Below are positions 28,433 to 37,156 of a DNA stretch of 54,786 bases, one piece after another. The notes beneath the pieces were generated by a model. It made no database searches, was not told where the DNA came from, and was given only the letters and a program-made list of their open reading frames with translations. This stretch comes from Verrucomicrobiales bacterium. GTDB taxonomy: Bacteria; Verrucomicrobiota; Verrucomicrobiia; Verrucomicrobiales; SLCJ01. A program made the position numbers and the translations under genes. The DNA lies in contig JBJTQJ010000042.1 in NCBI GenBank assembly GCA_046075565.1, forward strand, positions 1 through 54,786. Direction: 5' to 3'. The stretch's first letter is position 1, and each line of letters begins with the position of its first letter.

Positions 28433-29353
28433 ATGGACCCGCTTGCTCTCGCCGACCGGACAGCGCGCTCATTCGCGTTGACGCTGCGTTTGCTCCCCGG
28501 ACCGACGCGGGCGGAGGTTTGCTTGGCCTACCTCGCCGCGCGCCTCACCGACAGCGTGGCTGATACCACTTCGCTGGCCGCCGCCGATCGACTCTCCCTG
28601 CTCGATGCCCTTCGTGATGCCATCGATGTCGAAGGTCCATGGCCCGCCGCCGAGTTGTCCCATCTCGCGACGGTCCATGATCACCCGGGCGAAATGGCCT
28701 TGCTGAGCGAACATGCCGAACTCGAATCCGCCCTGCGCGGCCTCGAGGCCGACGCTCGCGACCGCGTGCGCCGAGTGCTGCTCACGATTGTTTCCGGTCA
28801 ACGATTGGATCTCGTGCGCTTGATGGAAGGCGCTTTCACCTTGGCCGATGAAGCCGCGCTTGTTGATTACACCTGGCGTGTGGCCGGTTGTGTCGGTGGA
28901 TTCTGGACCGAGGTGCTGGCCGCGCGTCTGCCCGGCTCGATTCTTCTTCCGGAAGGCGAATTGGCGATGTTAGGACGACGCTACGGCCAAGGCCTGCAAT
29001 TACTCAATATCCTCCGCGATGCGCCCGAAGACTGGCTGGCCGGCAGATGTTACCTTCCCGCTGACGTTGGGGAAACCGTTCCGCCAAGTCCGCCTGATGC
29101 GCAGGGACTGGAAATCTGTTATCAACGTATGAGAAATTGGCTCCCGCAGTGCCGCGAGTGGATTGACGACGGCATTCGTTATGGCGAAGCCCTGCGCGGC
29201 ATCCGCGTCCGCGCCGCCTCTCGATTGCCCGCGATCATTGGCCACCGCACCCTCGACCGTATCGAGACCTCGGATTTCCAAGCATGGCGCCAGCGTATCA
29301 GGATCCCCCGCCACGATGTCCGCCGCGCTCTGTTTGAGGCAATGGTCGGGTAA
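28433..29353 (+). CDS. squalene/phytoene synthase family protein
   Basis: RSFALT, YTWRVAGCVG and GLQLLNILRDAPED..GRCYLP motifs. Confidence 0.9.
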   Translation: MDPLALADRTARSFALTLRLLPGPTRAEVCLAYLAARLTDSVADTTSLAAADRLSLLDALRDAIDVEGPWPAAELSHLATVHDHPGEMALLSEHAELESALRGLEADARDRVRRVLLTIVSGQRLDLVRLMEGAFTLADEAALVDYTWRVAGCVGGFWTEVLAARLPGSILLPEGELAMLGRRYGQGLQLLNILRDAPEDWLAGRCYLPADVGETVPPSPPDAQGLEICYQRMRNWLPQCREWIDDGIRYGEALRGIRVRAASRLPAIIGHRTLDRIETSDFQAWRQRIRIPRHDVRRALFEAMVG

Positions 29354-29377
29354 TATAGAATCCTTTGCCAAACCGAT

Positions 29378-29842
29378 ATGCAACTCGATGTTATCATGGA
29401 CTTCATGCATATCAGTTTGCGGAAAACCGTTTCCATCACTCTGCATGCTGGTTCGCAGCGGAGATGGACCGGTAAATTCGCCGGTTTTGAAAGTGGAGAA
29501 CTCGAGCAAACCGAAGGGGGAGAAAACATTCGATACGAGGTGAAGGGAAATCCCTTCGCCACTTCGGGCCTGGACTTTTATCTCGGGAACCAGATCCTGT
29601 GCCAGTTCCGGAGCCCGTTCTTTTCCCGCAGTTATGTGCTGGTGAATGACAAACGATTTGAATTCGGCTTGGATAACTACCACGCCGGCCATGAGCCCGG
29701 GCTGGTGGGTGTCACTTTCCTGAGGGGATTTGACGGGTGGGTCGGTGACGTGCGTTTCCGATCGGAAACCTGTCATGAATCGGAGTTGCTGGCCTTCGGT
29801 CTCGTGGCCATGAATTTCGAGTATCTGAATCACACCGGATAA
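29378..29842 (+). CDS. hypothetical protein
   Basis: 154-aa ORF filling the gap between two plus-strand genes; beta-rich with a C-terminal hydrophobic helix. Confidence 0.6.
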   Translation: MQLDVIMDFMHISLRKTVSITLHAGSQRRWTGKFAGFESGELEQTEGGENIRYEVKGNPFATSGLDFYLGNQILCQFRSPFFSRSYVLVNDKRFEFGLDNYHAGHEPGLVGVTFLRGFDGWVGDVRFRSETCHESELLAFGLVAMNFEYLNHTG

Positions 29843-29884
29843 ACTGCCGCTTGACCAAAGCTCCCGATGGCCGTCAGATCCCAC

Positions 29885-31435
29885 ATGACCGCGGCACCAT
29901 CCACCCGACTGCAACGATTCCTCGGCGCGCTTGAACGCGCGGGCAACCGCCTGCCCGATCCGGCTTTGTTGTTCGTGATTCTGCTGGTCTTGGTCTTCGT
30001 GATTTCGGCCATTTTCGGAAATGTGACTTTTGAAACGGCTGGCAAGACCGGTGCCGCGCCGGAAACCCAGCAGATCATCAACCTCCTCCAAGGGGATCGT
30101 CTGGTGGCTTTCATCTCGGGCATGGTGCAGACATTCGTGCTCTTCCATCCGCTCGGAGTGGTGTTGGTGGCCATGTTAGGCCTCGGGGTGGCCGAGCATT
30201 CCGGCCTCATCAATAGCGCCTTGAAGGCGGCGCTCGGTGTCACGCCAAAGCAATTGCTCTCTCCGATGGTCGCGCTGGCTGCGATCCTCAGCCATACCGC
30301 AGCAGACGCCGGATACGTCCTGGTGATTCCGCTCGGCGGCATCCTTTTCCATGCGGCGGGCCGGCATCCGCTGGCGGGCATTGCCTGCGCATTCGCGGGA
30401 GTTTCGGGAGGATTCGGCGCGAATTTCATCCCTTCGGGTTTGGATCCCCTGCTGCAGGGGATCACCCAACAGGCCGCGCAGATGGCGGATCCGGAGAAGG
30501 TGGTAAACCCACTTTGTAATTGGTATTTCGCGGCGGCGTCCTCGGTGCTGGTGATTCTGGTGGTCTGGTTCGTGACCGATCGTGTGATCGAACCGCGGCT
30601 CAAAGGCACCGAGGTGGATGGCGATGAATTGGATTCCTCTCATGCCAAACCACTTTCATCGAAGGAGAAACGTGCGCTCGCGCTCGCGTTCGGCTCGTTT
30701 GGCCTCTGCGCTCTGGCTCTCGCGCTCTGGGCTGCCCCGGCGGATTCTCCATGGAGGTTCACTGATGCGACCAATCCCGGGCATCCGCAGAACGGCTCGC
30801 TGGTGGCCGCCAAGGCCCCGCTCATGCTGGCCATCGTGCCGCTGATTTTCCTGCTCTCGCTCGTTCCCGGTTTGGTCTATGGCTTCGTCGCTGGGACAAT
30901 ACAGAGCCATCGCGACGTCTTCGCAGGTATGACGAAGTCGATGTCCGCGATGGGTCAATATCTCGTGCTGGCATTTTTCGCGGCACTCTTCATCCAAGCA
31001 TTCGGTGATTCGAAACTCGGACTCTGGCTGGCCGTGTTGGGCGCGCGCGGGCTCGAGGCCATGGCCTTGCATCCGTCGATCACGCTCTCCCTCATGATTC
31101 TGCTTGTCGCTTCGGTGAACCTGCTCATCGGTTCGGCTTCCGCGAAGTGGGCGTTGCTCGCGCCCGTGCTCGTGCCCATGCTCGCCCGGGCCGGATTTCC
31201 TCCGGAAACCGTGCAAGCCGGTTACCGCGTCGGCGACTCGACAACGAATATCATCACTCCGCTGCTGCCCTATTTTCCGCTCATCCTGATCCACGCCCGC
31301 CGTCATGTGCGCGGCGCGGGACTGGGCACGCTAATCTCGCTCATGCTGCCCTACAGCGTGAGTTTGTTTGTTTGCTGGACGGCCTTTTTCCTCATCTGGC
31401 ATCTGGCGGGTTGGCCGTTCGGATTGGGTAATTGA
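29885..31435 (+). CDS. abgT: AbgT family transporter
   Basis: ERAGNRLPDPALLF, GRHPLAGI...FAGVSGGFGAN, SASAKW and YRVGDSTTNIITP motifs. Confidence 0.92.
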   Translation: MTAAPSTRLQRFLGALERAGNRLPDPALLFVILLVLVFVISAIFGNVTFETAGKTGAAPETQQIINLLQGDRLVAFISGMVQTFVLFHPLGVVLVAMLGLGVAEHSGLINSALKAALGVTPKQLLSPMVALAAILSHTAADAGYVLVIPLGGILFHAAGRHPLAGIACAFAGVSGGFGANFIPSGLDPLLQGITQQAAQMADPEKVVNPLCNWYFAAASSVLVILVVWFVTDRVIEPRLKGTEVDGDELDSSHAKPLSSKEKRALALAFGSFGLCALALALWAAPADSPWRFTDATNPGHPQNGSLVAAKAPLMLAIVPLIFLLSLVPGLVYGFVAGTIQSHRDVFAGMTKSMSAMGQYLVLAFFAALFIQAFGDSKLGLWLAVLGARGLEAMALHPSITLSLMILLVASVNLLIGSASAKWALLAPVLVPMLARAGFPPETVQAGYRVGDSTTNIITPLLPYFPLILIHARRHVRGAGLGTLISLMLPYSVSLFVCWTAFFLIWHLAGWPFGLGN

Positions 31436-31438
31436 TCC

Positions 31439-31651
31439 TAATGCCCATGGATTGCCGCGAGTATCAATGATTGGCTTTATCCGCACCGCCCTATCCCTCC
31501 GGGCAAGAGCGAGACGCTCTTGCTACGATGGGCATAGCAGATCAAGGGTATTTTGTCTGCGAGCATCTGCCGGAGTCGTAACAAGACCGTCCCGGTCTTG
31601 CCTTGGAACTGATCTATATACATTGAATCTGGTGCTAAAAGAATGGCACTA
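31439..31651 (-). mobile_element. 213-bp MITE-like element with internal REP doublet (copy 2)
   Basis: Ends TAATGCC...GGCACTA; REPs at 31501-31526 and 31578-31603; colinear with copy 1 in reverse orientation. Confidence 0.7.
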
Positions 31652-31707
31652 GGATTAATCCCGATTTTTCGTGCCCTTGGCCGCGAACGGAGTATCTTTG
31701 CCGTCCC

Positions 31708-32685
31708 ATGCCGCCGCCCTCCCCGCCGAGTTCGCCCCGCCGCGCCGTCTTTTTCGGCACGGGCGACATCGCGCGTCCGGCCTTCGCGGCGTTGGCTGCG
31801 CAACCGGGCATCGAATTACTCGGGCTGGTCACCCAGCCGGACAAACCCGTGGGACGACATCAGACCCTTACTCCTCCCGCCCTCAAATCCGACGCGCTCG
31901 CCCTCGGGCTGCCAGTCTGGCAACCGGAAAAGGCGAGGGGATTCATCGATGAACTCGTCGCCCTCGACGCCGATCTTTTTGTCGTCATGGCCTACGGCCA
32001 AATCCTGCCCCAGGGACTCATCGATTTGCCAAAGCTCGCTTGCTTGAACCTGCATGCCAGCTTGTTGCCGCGCCATCGCGGGGCTTCTCCCATCCAGTCG
32101 GCTATTCTTGCCGGAGATACCGAAACCGGCATCACCGTGATGCACATCACTCTCGAACTCGACTCCGGCGACATCGTGCTGGCGGAAAAGACGTCTATCC
32201 TGCCCGGAGAAACCGGCGGGCAATTGCATGATCGACTGGCGGACCTCGCCCCGGTAGCGATGCAACGTGCCCTCGATGCATTGCTGGCGGACACGGCTTC
32301 GCGGACACCTCAGGATGCGGCACTTGTCACGGTTTTGGGAAAACTCGAGCGCGCTGACGGCCGGATCGATTGGTCGCGGGATGCCGCCGAACTCGCCCGC
32401 CAGATCCATGCTTTTGATCCTTGGCCGGGCACATTTACCACCTTGCCGGATGGCAAAATTCTGAAGCTCCATGCGCCCGCCGAAGCGTTGGAAAATGATT
32501 CCTCGTCCGTTCCCGGCACCGTGTTGGCTTCCGATGGTTCGACTTTACTGGTGGGCTGTGGCAAGGGAGCGCTCCGGCTTGGCCAAGTCCAACCCGAAGG
32601 CAAACGCCGTATGCCCTCCGCCGACTTCCTCCGCGGACATCCAATTCCACCGGGCACCCGCCTCGGCGAATCGCCCGCCGGTTGA
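31708..32685 (+). CDS. fmt: methionyl-tRNA formyltransferase
   Basis: VTQPDKPVGR and NLHASLLPRHRGASPI motifs. Confidence 0.97.
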   Translation: MPPPSPPSSPRRAVFFGTGDIARPAFAALAAQPGIELLGLVTQPDKPVGRHQTLTPPALKSDALALGLPVWQPEKARGFIDELVALDADLFVVMAYGQILPQGLIDLPKLACLNLHASLLPRHRGASPIQSAILAGDTETGITVMHITLELDSGDIVLAEKTSILPGETGGQLHDRLADLAPVAMQRALDALLADTASRTPQDAALVTVLGKLERADGRIDWSRDAAELARQIHAFDPWPGTFTTLPDGKILKLHAPAEALENDSSSVPGTVLASDGSTLLVGCGKGALRLGQVQPEGKRRMPSADFLRGHPIPPGTRLGESPAG

Positions 32686-32730
32686 ATAACCGGCTTTCCT
32701 TCTCTCCATTCCCGCTTTCCTTATCCCATC

Positions 32731-34107
32731 ATGCCCGCCCATCCGCCCACCATTGCCATTGTCGGTCGTCCGAACGTGGGCAAGTCCGCTCTTTTCAACC
32801 GTCTCGCCGGGCGCCGCATCGCCATCGTGCACGACCAGCCCGGGGTGACAAGGGATCGGCTCTTCGCACCCTGCGGCGTCACGCGCCGAGCCGCCCAACT
32901 CGTGGATACCGGGGGCATCGGGGCCACCTTGGATGATGGATTCGCCGATCAGGTTCGCGCGGAAGCCGAGGTTGCCATCGAAACGGCCGACCTCATCCTG
33001 CTCACCGTCGATGGGCAGGAAGGTTTGCATCCGATTGATGAAACCCTGGCCAGCGAGCTGCGCCGGGCCCGGGTGCCGGTGGCTGTGGTCGTGAACAAGA
33101 TCGACGACCCGAAACACGATTTGCTGCCCGATGAATTCTCGCGGCTCGGTTTTCCGTCATTACTCGCGGTTTCCGCCGCCCATGGCCGGGGATTTGGTGA
33201 GCTGGTGGACTGGCTCGACGCGTCGCTGGAGGCGCTCCCGGAAACGGAAGCCGAACCGGTTGATCCGGATGCCAAAGAACCGATCAAACTCGCCATCGTC
33301 GGTCGTCCGAATGTCGGCAAGTCCTCGTTGCTCAATGCCTTGTTAGGAAAACAACGCGCCATTGTTTCCGATGTGGCCGGCACCACCCGCGACGCCATCG
33401 ACGTGCCGCTGGAGCACCGGGGTCATTCCTACCTGCTCATCGACACGGCCGGTCTGCGCCCGCGGGCAAAGCGCGACACTTCGGTCGAGGTTTTCTCCGC
33501 CATGCGTACGGAGCAGAGCATTCGCCGCGCCGATCTGGTCGCGCTGGTGGTCGATTCCGCCCAAGGCATCACGGCCATGGATCGCAAGATCGCCGCGAAA
33601 ATTCTCGAGGCGAACAAACCGTGTATCATCGTGCTCAACAAATACGATCTCTTCCATCCCGGCGGGCCGACCAAGGAACGCATCGAGGAACTGACCGATC
33701 AGGTCTCGCGGGATCTGTTCTTCATCTCGTATGCACCCTTTGCCGCCGTGAGCGCAAAGGAGAAACAACACCTTGGAAAGTTCTTTCAAACCATCGAAAA
33801 AGTGCGCCAAGCCGCCACCATCGATATCCCCACCGGGCCGCTCAACCGCTTGTTGCAGGATGGCATGGTGCGCACGCCGCCACCGCTCATCGCCAACAAG
33901 CGGTTCAAGCTGCTCTATGTGACCTCGGCCACGGCCAAGGACGGCTCGCTTTTGCCAGTTCCGACCTTCCTGCTTTTCATCAACCGCGTCGAGCTTCTCA
34001 CCGAAACCTACAAACGTTATCTTGAAAATCTCGTGCGTACCGAATACGGGCTGACCGGGCTTCCGATCCGCTTCGTGCTCAAACCCCGTCGTAAAGACGA
34101 AAAATAA
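32731..34107 (+). CDS. der: ribosome biogenesis GTPase Der (EngA)
   Basis: Two GRPNVGKS P-loops; PGVTRD and AGTTRD. Confidence 0.97.
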   Translation: MPAHPPTIAIVGRPNVGKSALFNRLAGRRIAIVHDQPGVTRDRLFAPCGVTRRAAQLVDTGGIGATLDDGFADQVRAEAEVAIETADLILLTVDGQEGLHPIDETLASELRRARVPVAVVVNKIDDPKHDLLPDEFSRLGFPSLLAVSAAHGRGFGELVDWLDASLEALPETEAEPVDPDAKEPIKLAIVGRPNVGKSSLLNALLGKQRAIVSDVAGTTRDAIDVPLEHRGHSYLLIDTAGLRPRAKRDTSVEVFSAMRTEQSIRRADLVALVVDSAQGITAMDRKIAAKILEANKPCIIVLNKYDLFHPGGPTKERIEELTDQVSRDLFFISYAPFAAVSAKEKQHLGKFFQTIEKVRQAATIDIPTGPLNRLLQDGMVRTPPPLIANKRFKLLYVTSATAKDGSLLPVPTFLLFINRVELLTETYKRYLENLVRTEYGLTGLPIRFVLKPRRKDEK

Positions 34108-34129
34108 TCAATCTGCAAATTCCAAAACC

Positions 34130-34651
34130 ATGAGAGCGATCGCCCTGCTGATTACCGTTGCCACCGCTTTTCTTTCGGGAGCCTGCACCAGCTTCGACCG
34201 GGAAGGCAAAAAGAATCTGGCTACCTTGGACACTTCTTCGCAACCTGCCGCGCTGCGGCCGGCCCTGCAGGAGGTTTTCGGGCGCGAGGGCCTGCGCTCG
34301 GGCATGCCAAATGCCAACCCCATGTTCTTCCAGGGGCGTGCTACCAAGGGGCAACACTTTGCTTACAAGGATTTTGGCGACTGGGACACGGTCATCGTCG
34401 AGAGGGTTTATGTGGATTTGATTCCCATCCCATCCGGCACCCGTTTGCAAGCCAGGGCACAGATCATCGCCAATCCTGATGGTGCTTTCGAAGACTCCAA
34501 ATATCCGCTTGTCGGAGCAAGAAAAAGATACAAGCGATTGTTGGAAAACGCCGCCAGCATCGCGGCCGGCGGCCAACCCAAGCAAGAGCAGCCATCCTCG
34601 CCCGCCGCCTTGCAGAACTGCACCATTCCACTGCCCCTTGAGGGCAGGTGA
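34130..34651 (+). CDS. hypothetical lipoprotein
   Basis: Signal peptide MRAIALLITVATAFLSGA|C ending in a lipobox-like Cys. Confidence 0.7.
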   Translation: MRAIALLITVATAFLSGACTSFDREGKKNLATLDTSSQPAALRPALQEVFGREGLRSGMPNANPMFFQGRATKGQHFAYKDFGDWDTVIVERVYVDLIPIPSGTRLQARAQIIANPDGAFEDSKYPLVGARKRYKRLLENAASIAAGGQPKQEQPSSPAALQNCTIPLPLEGR

Positions 34652-34758
34652 GTCCGGAGAGCGCTCCTAATCACGAAACGTGCGAGACAGGTGGGCTGGG
34701 CATTTTGCTCCCGGAGCCGGAGGTGACTGCACGAGCCACCTCCGGACCCTGCGGAGGT

Positions 34759-34893
34759 TCAGGGCTTGCACTCGGTTTTGCAGGTGGCCGGGGACTTGCA
34801 GCAGCAGGTGTCGCACTTGACCGGGCAGGAGCCGGTGGTGGCACAGGAGGCAAGACCGAAGGCTAGAACCAATGGCAGGATATATGTTTTGAT
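34759..34893 (-). CDS. small Cys-rich (metallothionein-like) lipoprotein with ATC start codon
   Basis: (M)KTYILPLVLAFGLASCATTGSCPVKCDTCCCKSPATCKTECKP*; LASC lipobox, 8 Cys, GC3-rich codons; absent from the ORF track. Confidence 0.7.
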   Translation of the reverse strand: MKTYILPLVLAFGLASCATTGSCPVKCDTCCCKSPATCKTECKP

Positions 34894-34901
34894 AGGCTCC
34901 C

Positions 34902-34930
34902 AGCATGACCAAATTGGTCCGGAATGTCAA
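34902..34930 (-). promoter_or_regulatory. sigma70-type promoter
   Basis: TTGACA-N17-CATGCT, 8 nt upstream of the ATC. Confidence 0.65.
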
Positions 34931-34940
34931 GCCTCCCGTT

Positions 34941-36962
34941 TCACGGCACGGTCGCACGCACGCGCAGGAAGCAGCGCGGAAGGGACGTGAGGGGGACTTT
35001 CGCCTCGCGGGTTTGCAGCGTCCCGCTGGTCGATACCAAGGAATCCGTGAATCCGGCCGGAGCGCCCGCTTGACCCGGAGTATACCAGGCTCCGCTGCCC
35101 GCCCATGCCTGCGGCATGACGGTGACGCCGGTCAGCGCCGTGTCGAGTTTGTATCGCAAGATGAAATGGGTGGCGGAAGGATATAAGGATGGATAAGCTG
35201 ACGGGCTCGTGTCGGCGAGCACGGGGTTGGAACCAAAGGCGAACTCCAGCGCGCTGGAGCGTCCGTCTTTATCCGGATCGGAAGTGGCGGTGAGGGTGCC
35301 GGGGCTTAACCCGCCTTGCCCTTCGTGATAGGTAGCCCAGCCGGCGAATGAGGTGCCATTCAGGACTTGAAGTGTCTGAGTCGTGCCGGGCAAGGGATTG
35401 CCATTGAAAATCGGATTGATTTGCATCATCCAGCTTGATGAGTTGGGCGCTGTCAGCGTGGGATTTGCTGTAGCTACCACGCCCGTCGATGTGCTGCCAA
35501 GCTGGGATACATTGGCGAATGTGACGGCGTCGATATACCAGCCCAAGCCCGAACCGGCGCCCACATTCACGCTACCTGTGGCATCAAACATAAACCGGAT
35601 TCTGAATCTTTTGCCATTCATGATGGCCAGTGATGCCGCTCGTGCCTGAAACGATGCCTCGCCTGCTGAGCCAGTGCCCTGTTGCGAGTACACATTGACC
35701 CATGTGCTCGTGCCTTCTTCTTTCACTTGGATTCTGGCGAAAGCCGCAGCGGTTGCTTGGCCGAGACGGCTCCGAAATGCCATGGATGAGGTGGAGGTGC
35801 CCAGAAAGACGGGTGATTGTTCAATGAACTGATCATACGCGGACCCTCCGATATTCATGAAGGTCATTCGCCACGCGTTCGTTCCCTCGAACTTCACGGT
35901 GCTTTGCACCACGGAGTATCCCGCGCTGGTGGTGGCGGTGGCGTTGGTCAGATTCTCGCAGTTTTCGGCGGCGGCCGGATCAAGGGGTGTCGAAGTATAG
36001 TTGTAGCCCGTAGCTCCCGTCATGGGGGTGAATTGAAAGGTATGGTTCTGGCCTTGCCTGGCAAAGGGCGGACTGGTGAATGTTGGTGGCGAGTAGGGCA
36101 ACTTTAGATCCACCTTGGCGTTGCTGTTTGCGGGCACAACCAGATTGGCCGTCTGATTGATGCCTAGTCCGGTGAAAGTGACCGTGCGCGTGGTGGCTGT
36201 GCCCGAAGGCAAAGGTACGGTCCAGCCGCCACCATCGGCGGTGAGACAGTAGTAACTGGCACCACTCACGTTGACAGTGAGGCCCGCGATGCCTTCTCCG
36301 ACATCGTAGCTGTTGTCACCATCAACATCATAGTAGGCCACTCCTGTGCCATAGTATGGAGCGTCGAAGCGGTTTCCGAAATCCTGAGTGACAAGTTGAG
36401 GTCCGACGGTATTTCCATTCACGGTGTTGCTGCCATTGACGACGCCGACGCCGATCTCCCTGTAGCTGGAGTTATGGATATTCACCCGATGACCACGGCC
36501 AGCTTGCATTCCTCCGGGTTCGGGACCCCAGTCGATCTCGAATCCGGCATGCCCATATTCCGGGTCGTGGGCGTTGGAGTATATATTTTCCCCACGGATA
36601 GAAAAGTTGTAACCGACGGCGACCATTCGCTGCCCAGCCGTCATGCCCCCGGGTTGATCGTGCTTCTGCTGCGCGTTGTCGAGCATCCACTGGCTATGGC
36701 CCCGGGCGGCGGTGGTCAGGCCCGCGTGGGGAGCGAGCGGCGGCCCTGCTGCGATCGCATTCATCTCGGTCTGGAACATGGAAAGGTCCACACCAAACCC
36801 AGGATCATTTGAAATCGCGTCCAGAACGCCCGGATGCGTGCTGGCGGCAAGCAACGCGCCCTCCGCCGCCGGATTGGCGCGGGCGCGGTTGATCATTTCG
36901 ATGTAGGCCTGCTCGTGCGCCGACGGGTTGCCGAAGGTGTGCAGGGATTGACCTGCAACCAT
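34941..36962 (-). CDS. secreted CAP/SCP-domain protein with Ig-like domains and a Verrucomicrobia-type C-terminal domain
   Basis: EMINRARANP, AARGHSQWM, GENI, GHRVNI...EIGVG and TQDFG motifs; C-terminal DPDKDGRSSALEFAFGSNP...FLRVR. The natural start (37009) appears out of frame. Confidence 0.85.
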   Translation of the reverse strand: MVAGQSLHTFGNPSAHEQAYIEMINRARANPAAEGALLAASTHPGVLDAISNDPGFGVDLSMFQTEMNAIAAGPPLAPHAGLTTAARGHSQWMLDNAQQKHDQPGGMTAGQRMVAVGYNFSIRGENIYSNAHDPEYGHAGFEIDWGPEPGGMQAGRGHRVNIHNSSYREIGVGVVNGSNTVNGNTVGPQLVTQDFGNRFDAPYYGTGVAYYDVDGDNSYDVGEGIAGLTVNVSGASYYCLTADGGGWTVPLPSGTATTRTVTFTGLGINQTANLVVPANSNAKVDLKLPYSPPTFTSPPFARQGQNHTFQFTPMTGATGYNYTSTPLDPAAAENCENLTNATATTSAGYSVVQSTVKFEGTNAWRMTFMNIGGSAYDQFIEQSPVFLGTSTSSMAFRSRLGQATAAAFARIQVKEEGTSTWVNVYSQQGTGSAGEASFQARAASLAIMNGKRFRIRFMFDATGSVNVGAGSGLGWYIDAVTFANVSQLGSTSTGVVATANPTLTAPNSSSWMMQINPIFNGNPLPGTTQTLQVLNGTSFAGWATYHEGQGGLSPGTLTATSDPDKDGRSSALEFAFGSNPVLADTSPSAYPSLYPSATHFILRYKLDTALTGVTVMPQAWAGSGAWYTPGQAGAPAGFTDSLVSTSGTLQTREAKVPLTSLPRCFLRVRATVP

Positions 36963-37156
36963 GGCGGGCAGAGCCGCGAAAAGAATGGCTTTGGCGCACG
37001 GAACCGCATGGAGGTCGTGTGGGTCTGTCGTAAATTACTCGACGGCACCAAGGCCGCAAGTGAGAATCCTTTTCAATTCCTGGAAAATAGACGGCAGGTC
37101 TTTCCAAAAAGACGGACACTGGACAATCGGTCCGAGGCCGGTAGATTTCCGGTCCC

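Noticed and set aside
10053-31603. 26-bp palindromic repeats as a CRISPR array
   Set aside because: Dispersed, in inverted pairs, no tandem repeat-spacer run and no cas genes.
34648-34957. ORF-track calls 34648-34866 (+), 34667-34957 (-) and 34671-34853 (-)
   Set aside because: Alternative frames of the Cys-rich lipoprotein gene, which has far better signal-peptide, codon and promoter support.
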